A DNA stretch of 64,000 nucleotides from positions 32,001-96,000 of the forward strand of contig JBBIRK010000003.1 of assembly GCA_037441845.1 (NCBI GenBank), given 5' to 3'. Below are positions 38,377 to 48,293 of this stretch, one piece after another (within the stretch, counting starts at the first letter, position 1; every line of letters starts with the position of its first letter). Position numbers and translations under genes: made by a program. This DNA comes from Candidatus Zixiibacteriota bacterium. GTDB lineage: Bacteria > Zixibacteria > MSB-5A5 > UBA10806 > 4484-95. The notes below the pieces were generated by a model. It did no database searches. It had not been told where the DNA came from and saw only the letters and a program-made list of their open reading frames with translations.

Positions 38377-40002
38377 TCATGGCCTGACCACGGCGAACTT
38401 CTTGATCTGAACACCAATAGCGGTTTTAAGATAGGCTATATAGATTCCGGAGGCGATATTTACATCGTCATCGCCGAAATTCCAGCGCCAAGAAACCGTA
38501 TCCGTGGAGACCGTGCCGCTGAAACTTGTCACCCGGTCGCCCACGGCCGAGTATATGGTAAGTTCAGCTCGAGAGTTGCTGGGAGCTATAAAACTGAATG
38601 TTACATTTTCCGTAGATGGATTCGGCCATATTTGAAAAGGACTTTCCGCCGGCGGCGGCGGCGAGTGCATATCGAAAAAGCGGGCGATTCCCCAGCCATA
38701 GTCGTTATTTGGGGATACGCTGTTGGAAGCGGTGTTTTTCAGCTTATCGAAAATGGTATCGAGATTCCAATCCGGATGAGCCTGTAATATGAGGGCAATA
38801 CCGCCCGCGATCAAAGGCGTGGCAAGGGAGGTTCCATTTGACGACATGTACCCGTCGTTGCTGTAATTTGCACACCAGACCGAGACCCCTTGGGCCATGA
38901 CATCCGGCTTTATACGGCCGTCGGCGGTTGGACCTGGAGAGGAGAATGCGGCCAACGCTCCGTTCGGAAATACGGCCCCGACGGCGATCACGTCCGGGCC
39001 GTCGGCAGGAGGTATAAGCGTCCCCCAGGAGGTAGTCCTTTCGTTTCCCGCTGCATTGACGACGACAATTCCCAACTGTGCCGCCGCCTGGGCGGCCACG
39101 GTTATGGCGCAACTGGCGCCATCGAGTTGCTGTTGCTGATACCAATCGATATACCCTAAGGAACTCGAGATGATATCGACACCGATTGAATCCATCCATT
39201 CGGCGGCCGCAATCCAGTTGTCTTCCTCTGCCGGCACTTCAAGATTGGCAATCTCGGTTTTCGCCAAGACATAACTTGCACCATAGGCAGCGCCGATCAA
39301 TGTTCCCGGGGCGTAGCCTCCGATCACCGAAAGAACCGCCGTACCGTGGAATTGCTGACCGTTGGCCGTATCTTCCACATTCTCATCGTCATTGATAAAG
39401 TCATATGTGGCCACAATCCTGTTGTCGGAAATAATATCGGCGAATGCCGGGTGGTGAAGATCGAACCCGGTATCCATGATCCCCACCAATAAAGATTCCC
39501 CCGTCAAGCCGATATCATGAAGTCTATCAATTTGACACAGTCTTATTTGGCTGCTCGAAAGGCCATAATCATGGAGCAGATATTCGTCGAGCAAGTTGTC
39601 CGGAGTGTATGTCTTGTGAAGTTCCAATCGTGATTTGCAAAATGTGGCCACCGGGACGATTCTTGCGACAAAGGGCAGGTCGGCGGCGGATTTCAGGGCG
39701 GCTGATTCGCCGCTTACGCTGACCGCATTGAGCCAGCGTGATCGGCGATATATTTTCAGGCCGAGCCTTGTCAACGCGCCGATATATTCTTCCGATGGGT
39801 TGGCGTCCCGATAATTGCTTGCTGCCGACTTTCCACGCGTCCGGCGGCGCTCCCGTGACCGCAAAGAGACCTCCATCGGATTACCATCGGCCTTGTCAGT
39901 GAAATATACCCAGTATTTATCCGGTGTCGCCGTGACCGCTATGTCGAATAAAAGTAACAGGATGAAGCCTGAAATCGGTATTAATCTACTCCGATTGTCC
40001 AT
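38377..40002 (-). CDS. S8 (subtilisin) serine peptidase with C-terminal sorting domain
   Basis: Catalytic GIMDTG, HGTAV, NGTSLATP; AAGNE oxyanion; C-terminal WPNPS..SGIYI; start uncertain (40002-40017). Confidence 0.94.
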   Translation of the reverse strand: MDNRSRLIPISGFILLLLFDIAVTATPDKYWVYFTDKADGNPMEVSLRSRERRRTRGKSAASNYRDANPSEEYIGALTRLGLKIYRRSRWLNAVSVSGESAALKSAADLPFVARIVPVATFCKSRLELHKTYTPDNLLDEYLLHDYGLSSSQIRLCQIDRLHDIGLTGESLLVGIMDTGFDLHHPAFADIISDNRIVATYDFINDDENVEDTANGQQFHGTAVLSVIGGYAPGTLIGAAYGASYVLAKTEIANLEVPAEEDNWIAAAEWMDSIGVDIISSSLGYIDWYQQQQLDGASCAITVAAQAAAQLGIVVVNAAGNERTTSWGTLIPPADGPDVIAVGAVFPNGALAAFSSPGPTADGRIKPDVMAQGVSVWCANYSNDGYMSSNGTSLATPLIAGGIALILQAHPDWNLDTIFDKLKNTASNSVSPNNDYGWGIARFFDMHSPPPPAESPFQIWPNPSTENVTFSFIAPSNSRAELTIYSAVGDRVTSFSGTVSTDTVSWRWNFGDDDVNIASGIYIAYLKTAIGVQIKKFAVVRP

Positions 40003-40063
40003 TTTAATCATTGACAACAGCTAAGGGGACTATTATCCTTCGAATAATTATCGGCGGAATGAT

Positions 40064-40666
40064 ATGGCTGGCGGCGGTTCAAATCAAGATAAAAAGAAGA
40101 AGTTCGAGGGGATATTCCTTCCCCTCATGGACAATCTTTATAACATTGCCATGAGAATGACTCGGAATTCCGCCGATGCGGAAGACCTGGTTCAGGAAAC
40201 TTACCTCAAGGCGTTTCGCTTTTTCGATCATTTCCAGGAGGGGACCAATGCCAGAGCTTGGATAATCACTATTTTGACCAATACATTTCGTACCAAGTAT
40301 CGTCGCCACCAGAAAGAACCGGCTTATGTGGATTTCGACTCGGTGGAAAATTTCTTTTTGGTTGACGAGATAAAACCGCGGATTCAGCCGGCCAACAAAT
40401 CGGAAGCGAGGGGGAGCGAGGCAATAACGGAGATTTTGAAGGCCTATGTTTCCGATGATATTATCAAGGCGCTCGAAAATGTTCCGGAACAATTCAGGCT
40501 GGCTGTATTGTTATCAGATGTCGAGAGATTCAATTATCAGGAGATTGCGGAAATAATCGGTACGAGCGTCGGCACGGTCAAGTCGAGGATTTTTCGGGGA
40601 AGGAAAATTCTGCAGAAACAGTTGCTTGATCTGGCCAAGGAGCGCGGAATCATTGGAAGCAAGTGA
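40064..40666 (+). CDS. ECF RNA polymerase sigma factor (SigH/SigR-like)
   Basis: DAEDLVQETYLKA, GTNARAW, YQEIAEI..GTVKSRIFRGR. Confidence 0.95.
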   Translation: MAGGGSNQDKKKKFEGIFLPLMDNLYNIAMRMTRNSADAEDLVQETYLKAFRFFDHFQEGTNARAWIITILTNTFRTKYRRHQKEPAYVDFDSVENFFLVDEIKPRIQPANKSEARGSEAITEILKAYVSDDIIKALENVPEQFRLAVLLSDVERFNYQEIAEIIGTSVGTVKSRIFRGRKILQKQLLDLAKERGIIGSK

Positions 40667-40893
40667 TGATCAAATGTGAAGAGGTATTGAGGCGGTTATA
40701 CGACTATATCGACCGTGAGCTTGACGATTCGTTGAAAAGCGAAATTGAAGAACATTTGAAACTCTGCAAATATTGCTGCCGCCATCACGATTTCGAGGTT
40801 CAATTGAAATCGCTGATCCGCCGCAGTTGTTTCGAGCGCAAGGCGCCCGAGTTCTTGAAAAACAAGATCAGCGATCTTTTGGAAGAATTATAG
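40663..40893 (+). CDS. Zinc-binding anti-sigma factor (zf-HC2, RsrA/RshA-like)
   Basis: CEEV..LYDYIDREL, HLKLCKYC (HxxxCxxC); no TM; overlaps the sigma stop. Confidence 0.92.
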   Translation: MMIKCEEVLRRLYDYIDRELDDSLKSEIEEHLKLCKYCCRHHDFEVQLKSLIRRSCFERKAPEFLKNKISDLLEEL

Positions 40894-40958
40894 AACCGAC
40901 CTAGCGAAGAGGGCGGTTATAAAATCACGTGCGCCGAATATAAGCTTCGATGATGCAG

Positions 40959-40995
40959 GTTCATCTACCGAAGGCCGTAGATGAATTGATTTTTG
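40959..40995 (+). terminator. Probable intrinsic terminator
   Basis: TTCATCTAC-cgaaggcc-GTAGATGAA stem followed by T-rich tract. Confidence 0.55.
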
Positions 40996-41330
40996 ATTAA
41001 TTTCTTCGTTTGAGCAAAGCGACATCATGGATTGATAACGTATAGTTGTAAACCGGGCCGGCGACTATCGGCAAGCGGTTTCCGCCCCCCGCATCCATTC
41101 TTTTTGACCGCCGTTTCACATGGCGGATGATTTATAATGATCAATCTCGATATCTTTCGATTCGGTGATTTCCGCAAATCGTCAATATTGAATCAGTTGA
41201 TATGGATTTGAAGATTTTCTTCGGGGTCCCCAATATTTTCTTAACCGCGAACCCATATCCCCACGCGATCGGCGACGATCGACCACGTGCAGTCGCCTTC
41301 TCTTGACGTCTGTTTGCCCCTTATGGTGTT

Positions 41331-42872
41331 TTACTCTTGCGGCGGAAGCAGCGGGCAATAGTTCAAATCGGCGGCGCCCTTGAAATATTGCACAAGTCGA
41401 GTGATATCCGAACCTCGGAACTCGCAGTTGCCGTTAATATCGCCGGCAACGTAAAGGAAATTCAGCGTCGAATCCAGAAGGCAGCTGTCCGGAGGCTGGG
41501 TTCCCAACCCCTTGAAATAGCGAACGCCATAGGTGACATCGCCGCCCAACAATATGCCATCGCCGTTGATATCCCCCGGCAAATAGCGGCAGAATAGATT
41601 CTCTTGGAAACGCGCCGCTTTCAGCGTGGGATCACCCTGCAAACACATGCCATAGAACCAGACCCGGCTTTCGTTTCCGGCGCAGGTTTCCATATTTTGC
41701 TGCGCCCAGCTCAAAAACGCCTCGCCGAATGTCACTCCCAGCGAAAGCGGATCATAAAAGTCCTCGAAACAAAGCATCGAGCCGGTCTTAGTGCTGCCGA
41801 TCGAAAGAAGCCCGTATCTGCTTTCGAATATATACCAGCCGCCCATGTTGTTGAGCTCCACATACCGCGCATTGGAACAGGCGAAAAGATTATAGGAGTG
41901 AGCTTGCATCTTTTCCGTTTCGATTTCGTCGTTGTGAAACAACTGATAATTACCGCCCACGACTATATAATGGGCGAATGCGCTCGAATGGGAACAGATC
42001 AGGATGTGCTCGTACCTGAAATTGGAAAGTTCCCGCACATGATTCACATAACAAGCTTTGGTGGTCGAGTCCAGCGAAACCGCGGAATCGGCGATAGGAT
42101 AGGCGGCGGCCACGTCCCAATTCCATCCATATATGCGCCAGTCGTCATCGACGAACGAAAACGCAAGATCGTTCAGGCGCAACCGGCCGTGACGGTAATC
42201 ATGATTTTTGCGAAAATAATTCTTGATGGTATTTACTTCAGTTGCCCCGTGGTAGGTCATTCTCGATGGCACCAGGCGGCCGATCCAGATGTCGGCGGAC
42301 ATGCTGCCCCCGTGGCTGTCGTAACGTCCATCGAAATCCGCGTCGCCCCAGGTTCCGTCCAGATCCATCAAATAAAGATCGCAAGGGAATTCGACGTGAT
42401 CTCCGCCCCAGCTCTGCGGTTCGTCCATCTCGTACCAGGGAACGGCCAAATCGCCGATAAGGATAGCTCCGATTATGTTTTCCTGTATCCAGTCGTATTG
42501 AAGCAAATTGCGCAATGACGCCGCCGATTGCGTTTCCAAGACGGTGTAAAGATTCACCTGATAACCTTCGAGCTGTAAATCCAGAATATAGATATTCAAG
42601 ATCGATTCGATTTGCGGATACAGATATTGATTTACGATAATATCTATCAAGCCGGTGGTGGCCACCGTTCCGGATCTCAACAACCTAAACTCGGCGTCTG
42701 CGGCGAAATTTCGAGTGGCGCAATACTCATCGTAGGAGATCGGTTTGGTGTTGGCATCGACCCAGCGGGTCACCGGTATGCTTTGCGGATCGAACTGCCT
42801 TTGCGCCATCAGGGAATGTGGGTTTGGCCAGAGCAATATGGAATAAATAACCGTAAGCAATAACCTTTTCAT
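41331..42872 (-). CDS. Secreted C25 (gingipain-like) cysteine peptidase-like protein with dockerin-like C-terminus
   Basis: Signal peptide; ILIGD..VP, CDLYLMDLDG, DIWIGRL, CSHSS, LFACS, GDPTL; duplicated GDING loops. Confidence 0.8.
   Translation of the reverse strand: MKRLLLTVIYSILLWPNPHSLMAQRQFDPQSIPVTRWVDANTKPISYDEYCATRNFAADAEFRLLRSGTVATTGLIDIIVNQYLYPQIESILNIYILDLQLEGYQVNLYTVLETQSAASLRNLLQYDWIQENIIGAILIGDLAVPWYEMDEPQSWGGDHVEFPCDLYLMDLDGTWGDADFDGRYDSHGGSMSADIWIGRLVPSRMTYHGATEVNTIKNYFRKNHDYRHGRLRLNDLAFSFVDDDWRIYGWNWDVAAAYPIADSAVSLDSTTKACYVNHVRELSNFRYEHILICSHSSAFAHYIVVGGNYQLFHNDEIETEKMQAHSYNLFACSNARYVELNNMGGWYIFESRYGLLSIGSTKTGSMLCFEDFYDPLSLGVTFGEAFLSWAQQNMETCAGNESRVWFYGMCLQGDPTLKAARFQENLFCRYLPGDINGDGILLGGDVTYGVRYFKGLGTQPPDSCLLDSTLNFLYVAGDINGNCEFRGSDITRLVQYFKGAADLNYCPLLPPQE
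41355..41591 (-). repeat. Dockerin-like C-terminal module, copy 2
   Basis: 63/79 aa identical to 29497-29733; four Cys conserved. Confidence 0.85.
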
Positions 42873-43075
42873 AGTTTCCTCCTAAGGGGAATGCCATGGT
42901 TAAAATATAGCTAAATATCGAGATATTTGCCAGGCAATGTTCATAATTTTTCAAAAAAGTCATTTTTGGGCGGAATATCATCCTGCAATAGGTAGGTGCA
43001 GATTTCACTTGCAATACCGGATATTATATTTATTTTTTTGGGTTTAGCCAAATCCTCTACGGGATTGGTTTAGCT

Positions 43076-44392
43076 ATGTTCGAGCAGTTGACTGATAAAA
43101 TCGGCTCCGTATTCAAAAAACTGACCGGCCGGGGTCTGCTCACCGAGCAGAACATCAAGGATGCCTCGCGTGAAATCCGTATGGCATTGCTCGAGGCCGA
43201 TGTCAATTATAAAGTCGTCCGTGAATTCGTCGCCGAGGTTGAAAAGCGGGCCATGGGGCAGGAGGTCGTAAAGTCGGTCCAGCCGGGTCAAGTTTTCGTC
43301 AAGATCGTTCACGAGGAGCTGACAAGTCTGCTTGGCAGCAGCCACTCGCCGTTGGCTATTGCACCGACTCCTCCTACGATCGTGATGCTTGTCGGGTTGC
43401 ACGGTTCGGGCAAGACCACCCTTGCCGGCAAACTGGCCCGACATTATCGGCAGAAAGGCCGACATCCATTGCTGGTTGCCGCGGATATTTACCGGCCCGC
43501 CGCCAAAAAACAATTGGAGATTTTGGCCAAGTCGATAGCTATTCCTTATTTCACCAGCGAAAGCAGCGCCGTCGATATCTGTTCGGAATCGATAAAATTC
43601 GCCTGCGAGAAACTTTACGATTTCGTGATACTCGACACCGCTGGCAGACTTCAGATAGACGACGAATTGATGAACGAGCTTGCCGCAATAAAAAGCAAAG
43701 TCAAGCCCACCGAGGTGATTTTCGTGGCCGATGCGATGACCGGTCAGGAAGCGGTCAACGTCGCCGCGAAATTCAACGAGAAAGTGGGTCTCTCGGGAGT
43801 CGTGCTGACCAAACTCGACGGTGATGCCCGCGGCGGAGCGGCGCTATCGATCAAGGCGGTGCTGCAGATTCCGATCAAGTTCGTCGGCGTGGGGGAGAAG
43901 CTGGATGCGCTCGAGGAATTTCATCCGGATAGGATGGCCTCGAGAATATTGGGCATGGGTGATATCGTTTCTTTGGTCGAAAAAGCCCAACAGGCGGTTG
44001 ACCTGGAAAAAGCCAAAAAGCTCGAACAGAAGCTCCGTAAGGCTGAGTTTACGTTCGAAGATTTTATGGATCAGATGAATCAAGTCAGGAATATGGGACC
44101 GCTCGAGTCGCTTCTGGAAATGATTCCGGGTATCGGCGGGCAGCTGAAAGGAATGAAAATCGACGAGCGCGCCATGTCGCGGATAGAAGCCATCATAAAT
44201 TCGATGACGCTCGAGGAAAGGCGTAATCCGTCTATTATCGACGGCTCGCGCCGGAAACGGATCGCCCGCGGCAGTGGAACCTCGGTCCAAGACGTCAACG
44301 CTTTGATGAAGCAGTTCGCCCAGATGCAAAAGATGCTAAAACAATTTTCGAAAGCGGGCGCAAGAAGCTTTTTAAAAGGTTTTCCGATATAG
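43076..44392 (+). CDS. ffh: Signal recognition particle protein Ffh
   Basis: ALLEADV, GSGKTT, DTAGR, TKLDGDARGG, Met-rich M domain, RIARGSG. Confidence 0.99.
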   Translation: MFEQLTDKIGSVFKKLTGRGLLTEQNIKDASREIRMALLEADVNYKVVREFVAEVEKRAMGQEVVKSVQPGQVFVKIVHEELTSLLGSSHSPLAIAPTPPTIVMLVGLHGSGKTTLAGKLARHYRQKGRHPLLVAADIYRPAAKKQLEILAKSIAIPYFTSESSAVDICSESIKFACEKLYDFVILDTAGRLQIDDELMNELAAIKSKVKPTEVIFVADAMTGQEAVNVAAKFNEKVGLSGVVLTKLDGDARGGAALSIKAVLQIPIKFVGVGEKLDALEEFHPDRMASRILGMGDIVSLVEKAQQAVDLEKAKKLEQKLRKAEFTFEDFMDQMNQVRNMGPLESLLEMIPGIGGQLKGMKIDERAMSRIEAIINSMTLEERRNPSIIDGSRRKRIARGSGTSVQDVNALMKQFAQMQKMLKQFSKAGARSFLKGFPI

Positions 44393-44420
44393 TTTACAGC
44401 CGAATCGTTCAGGAGGTCAA

Positions 44421-44768
44421 GTGCTGACAATCAGATTAAGGAGAATGGGGGCCAAAAAAAGGCCGTTTTACCGTATCGTCGCGATCGAATCCAAGAAAGC
44501 CCGCGAGGGCAGGTTCGTAGAGATGCTCGGATATTACCACCCGATTTACAAGCCGGCCAGGGTCGAACTGATGGAGGATAAAATTTTTCATTGGCTCGAC
44601 TGCGGAGCGGAACTTTCGGAGACGGTGGCCAGTATCTTCAAGCAGGTCGGGTTGACGAAAAAATACCAGCTGATGAAAAAAGGCGAGGACGTTTCAGAAA
44701 TGAAATTGAGCGGAACTCTTCAGGAGAAACCCAAAAAGAAAAAGAAAAAAGTTGCGAAAGCCGAATAG
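44421..44768 (+). CDS. rpsP: 30S ribosomal protein S16
   Basis: IRLRRMGAKKRPFYRIV, REGRFVEMLGYY. Confidence 0.98.
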   Translation: MLTIRLRRMGAKKRPFYRIVAIESKKAREGRFVEMLGYYHPIYKPARVELMEDKIFHWLDCGAELSETVASIFKQVGLTKKYQLMKKGEDVSEMKLSGTLQEKPKKKKKKVAKAE

Positions 44769-44810
44769 CGATTGCTAATCTGATTCCACCTACAGTCAAA
44801 GGAGGCTCAC

Positions 44811-45041
44811 GTGAAGGAATTCATCGAGTACATCGCCAGAGCTCTGGTTGATCATCCGGATAATGTCGATGTTTCCGAGGTAGAGGGTGAAAAGACCACT
44901 GTTTACGAATTGCGAGTGGCAGCTGAGGACCTCGGCAAGGTTATCGGCCGCAAAGGACAGACTGCCAAAGCCATCAGAACGTTGATTGCCGCGGTTTCTG
45001 CCAAGAAAGGCAAACGGGCCTTACTGGAGATTCTCGAATAA
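44811..45041 (+). CDS. khpA: KH-domain RNA-binding protein KhpA
   Basis: [21 protein letters not shown]; conserved position after rpsP. Confidence 0.95.
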   Translation: MKEFIEYIARALVDHPDNVDVSEVEGEKTTVYELRVAAEDLGKVIGRKGQTAKAIRTLIAAVSAKKGKRALLEILE

Positions 45042-45042
45042 C

Positions 45043-45570
45043 TTGATCCTTGATGATAACGCCCTGGTCGCCCTGGGGCTGATAGTTAAGCCCCGGGGCC
45101 TGGCAGGGGAAATACTCGTGATCCCGCACCAACCTTCCAGTCGGAGTTTCCGAGCCGGTTTAGATATTACGATAAGATTCGAAAATAATGAGACCGCATA
45201 TCATATAGAAAAAAGCCGTCAATCAGGAAAATATATAAGTATGAAATTACGGGGTATCGATGACCGAACGGCGGCCGCAAAATTGGTCGGTGGACAGGTA
45301 TTATGCGCCCAAAAGCTGCTGGCGGCCAAAAACAAAGATGAATACTATGTGTTCGAATTGATCGGACTGAAACTTATCGATAGATATGGAACCGAACTGG
45401 GGATAGTCAAAGACCATCTTTCCCTGCCGACGAACGACTTGCTGGTGGTCGAGGCAGGCAAGGAGGAGTTATTGTTGCCTCTCATCAAGGATATCGTGCG
45501 AGAGATAAGTTTGCAGGAAGGCTTTATCAAAATCGATTCTATAGACCGAATAATGCCCGATGAGGATTGA
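45043..45570 (+). CDS. rimM: Ribosome maturation factor RimM
   Basis: GLIVKPRGLAGE, DEYYVFELIG, NDLLVV, LLPL; TTG start inferred. Confidence 0.92.
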   Translation: MILDDNALVALGLIVKPRGLAGEILVIPHQPSSRSFRAGLDITIRFENNETAYHIEKSRQSGKYISMKLRGIDDRTAAAKLVGGQVLCAQKLLAAKNKDEYYVFELIGLKLIDRYGTELGIVKDHLSLPTNDLLVVEAGKEELLLPLIKDIVREISLQEGFIKIDSIDRIMPDED

Positions 45571-46297
45571 CGTTTTGACCATATTCCCGGAAATTATTAC
45601 CGGAACTTTTCGGCACAGTTTGATTGGGAAAGCGGTGGCCTCCGGGCTGATAAATATACAAGCCCACGATATCCGAGCCTACGCCGCGGATAAACATCGC
45701 ACGGTCGATGATACGCCATACGGCGGAGGGCCGGGTATGGTGATGATGGTGGAGCCGCTTTATCGCGCCATAAAAGCGATCGACCCGGAAAATCGATCCC
45801 GCAAATTGATTATGGATGCCTCGGGTTGGCCGTTTACTCAAACTACCGCCAAAGAGTTGATGCTCGAAGAATGGCTGATGATAATCTGTGGACATTATAA
45901 AGGAATCGATGAAAGAATCAAGCGGCTTTTCGATATGACCGAAATCTCGATTGGGGATTACGTGCTCAGCGGCGGCGAAATTCCGGCCATGGTGGTAATA
46001 GATTCGGTTTGCAGGCTGATTCCTGGGGTAATCAAAGAAGTTGACTCGGCGATGACGGATTCGTATTTTAATTGTTTGTTGGGTTGGCCGGAATACACGC
46101 GTCCGCGCGAATTCCAGGGTATGGTTGTTCCGGAAATTTTGCTGTCGGGCGACCATGAAAAGATAAGGAAATGGCGGCTCGGTCAATCGCTTAAGAGAAC
46201 CAAGGAAAGGCGCCCTGATTTACTGGAAACCGCCCGGCAGGATTGGGAAATAGGCGAAATTCTCGACTCGGAGGATAAAAATGCTGAAAATGATTGA
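45560..46297 (+). CDS. trmD: tRNA (guanine-N1)-methyltransferase TrmD
   Basis: [36 protein letters not shown]. Confidence 0.98.
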   Translation: MRIDVLTIFPEIITGTFRHSLIGKAVASGLINIQAHDIRAYAADKHRTVDDTPYGGGPGMVMMVEPLYRAIKAIDPENRSRKLIMDASGWPFTQTTAKELMLEEWLMIICGHYKGIDERIKRLFDMTEISIGDYVLSGGEIPAMVVIDSVCRLIPGVIKEVDSAMTDSYFNCLLGWPEYTRPREFQGMVVPEILLSGDHEKIRKWRLGQSLKRTKERRPDLLETARQDWEIGEILDSEDKNAEND

Positions 46298-46628
46298 ACA
46301 AAAATATCTGAGGACCGATATCCCGGATTTTCGACCCGGAGACAATATCAAGGTTTACGTGAAAATCAAGGAAGGCGATAAAGAGAGAATCCAGGTATTC
46401 CAGGGTGATGTCGTCGCCTTGAAAGGAAAGGGTATCAACGGCACTTTCACCGTGCGCAAGTTGTCCTCGGGAATCGGAGTCGAAAGGATTTTCCCGCTGC
46501 ATTCGCCCAATATCACCAAAATCCAAAAAGTAAAAGAAGGCAAGGTTAGACGCTCGAAACTTTATTACCTGCGGGATCGCCAAGGAAAACAGGCGCGGAT
46601 CGACGTCAAGGCAAAAGAATCGAAATAA
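46281..46628 (+). CDS. rplS: 50S ribosomal protein L19
   Basis: [38 protein letters not shown]. Confidence 0.99.
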   Translation: MLKMIEQKYLRTDIPDFRPGDNIKVYVKIKEGDKERIQVFQGDVVALKGKGINGTFTVRKLSSGIGVERIFPLHSPNITKIQKVKEGKVRRSKLYYLRDRQGKQARIDVKAKESK

Positions 46629-46652
46629 CTTTCCCGCTTTTCGGGAGGGGAT

Positions 46653-47234
46653 TTGGGCCATCTTCTTATATGCGGTGTCGATGAAGCCGGCCGGGGGCCA
46701 CTTGCCGGGCCGGTGGTTGCCGCAGCCGCCTTGTTCGAGGGCGACCCTGAAATCGACGGACTGGCGGATTCGAAGACTCTTTCCGCTGCGAGCAGATTGA
46801 GATTGGCGCCCGTTATTTCCGATCGGGCGGTTTCTTTCGCGATAGTCTGTGTCGCTCATAATGTCATAGACAAAATTAACATTCTGCAGGCATCGCTTTT
46901 GGCGATGAAAAAAGCAATAGAATGCCTGACGAAAAATCCGGATATGATATTTATCGATGGTAATCATGAAATCCCGGGGTTGGCGATAAAGCAACGGGCG
47001 GTTGTCGACGGCGACAAAATAATTCCCCATATCTCCGCGGCATCGATTTTAGCCAAAGTCGCCCGCGACATCCTGATGATAAAACAGGCGGAGCTGTATC
47101 CCGAATATGAATTCGAAAAGCACAAGGGGTATCCCACCCGCCGGCACCTAGAGATATTGAAAAAAATAGGACCTTGCCCGATTCACCGATTCAGCTTCCG
47201 GCCGATATCATCACCGGAAGGATTAATCGGATAA
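46653..47234 (+). CDS. rnhB: Ribonuclease HII
   Basis: GVDEAGRGPLAGPV, DSK, AASILAKV, HKGYPT. Confidence 0.97.
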   Translation: MGHLLICGVDEAGRGPLAGPVVAAAALFEGDPEIDGLADSKTLSAASRLRLAPVISDRAVSFAIVCVAHNVIDKINILQASLLAMKKAIECLTKNPDMIFIDGNHEIPGLAIKQRAVVDGDKIIPHISAASILAKVARDILMIKQAELYPEYEFEKHKGYPTRRHLEILKKIGPCPIHRFSFRPISSPEGLIG

Positions 47235-47236
47235 GG

Positions 47237-47767
47237 ATGCTGGATTCTAACCCCGTAACGGCGATTCTGCTTTTGCTCGGGTTGGGTTTGCTCGACCACC
47301 CCCTTACGAAACTATCACGCCGGGCTTATTTCAAATATATGTATCGTTATATCGAATTCGAATCGATATACCCGACAAGCGAGAAATCCTCGATCTGGAG
47401 AAGAATCGCCAGCCTGCTGGTCCTGTCGTTTTTTTTATTGGTAATCTGGAAAGTCCGCGAACTGACCGGTTCGGAGTCGGTGGGGATACTTTATCGATGG
47501 CTGGTCGGCTTTTCGCTCGGGACTTACCTGTTGATCGATCTTCGACACTTGGAAAGCCTTCTCTTGAACCGGCTGTATGCTTATACCGAGGACATAAGCG
47601 GCAAATTGTCTTATCGGGCTTCCTTTTCGATGAAGATATCGGCGGTTCACTTTTTTTCGACGTTTTTGATTCTGGCCGCGGTGCTGGTAATTCAGCCGGA
47701 CATTTCGATTCTCGGAATCGCCTGCGCCGCCATATTTCTCGCCCTCCGAAACCTGCTGCTTGCCTGA
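47237..47767 (+). CDS. Hypothetical membrane protein
   Basis: About five hydrophobic segments; ATG 2 nt after the rnhB stop. Confidence 0.7.
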   Translation: MLDSNPVTAILLLLGLGLLDHPLTKLSRRAYFKYMYRYIEFESIYPTSEKSSIWRRIASLLVLSFFLLVIWKVRELTGSESVGILYRWLVGFSLGTYLLIDLRHLESLLLNRLYAYTEDISGKLSYRASFSMKISAVHFFSTFLILAAVLVIQPDISILGIACAAIFLALRNLLLA

Positions 47768-47835
47768 TTTGACTTTCGAGGATAAATCAGTGGAATTAGG
47801 GTTATTCCGAGCCCATCCCCACGATGATGTTCGAC

Positions 47836-47861
47836 AAAAAAAGGCGGCTGTAAACCGCCTT
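47836..47861 (-). terminator. Intrinsic terminator (minus strand)
   Basis: AAGGCGG/CCGCCTT stem with A run on the plus strand, between convergent genes. Confidence 0.6.
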
Positions 47862-47933
47862 GTGCTATTTTGGTCGCCGCGATCGGCCGACTGATGACCT
47901 CAGCCGCTCCGACGACTTGAAGGTGATTTTAAT

Positions 47934-48293
47934 CTACTTGCCGTATTCTTTCATTTTTGCTTTCAGCGCGGGATCATCCGCCCATTGCCGCATCAGCATT
48001 TCCGGAACCCCCTCTATCGCGATTAATTTCTGCAAGGTTTTTTCCCGAGTCTGATTCTGTCGCGCGATGATATCCGTAAACTCCGATACCCACGCCGTAT
48101 CCTCCGCCAGTCTTGCCATCAGCCCGTTTCTGACTGCCTGGTCGTCCATCATCTTATCCATCAACTGGCTTTTCATCTGAGGATTCCTCATAATCTGTTC
48201 GATAGCCGCTTCTTTGCTGCACGATATGAAAGTCAGAAACAGCAGCGCTATCGGCAAAAGGATTTTCGACTTTCCGCTCACCGGTTCCTCCAT
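47934..48293 (-). CDS. Hypothetical Met-rich helical lipoprotein
   Basis: Lipobox-like FISC after a hydrophobic stretch; repeated M..DP/NP helices. Confidence 0.7.
   Translation of the reverse strand: MEEPVSGKSKILLPIALLFLTFISCSKEAAIEQIMRNPQMKSQLMDKMMDDQAVRNGLMARLAEDTAWVSEFTDIIARQNQTREKTLQKLIAIEGVPEMLMRQWADDPALKAKMKEYGK

Noticed and set aside
41604..42518. 304-aa plus-strand ORF (and similar long antisense ORFs such as 61515-62594 and 14483-15292)
   Set aside because: Antisense shadows of well-supported genes; no protein motifs
42873..43075. Possible SRP RNA (ffs) next to ffh
   Set aside because: AT-rich promoter-like sequence without the conserved SRP helix-8 motif
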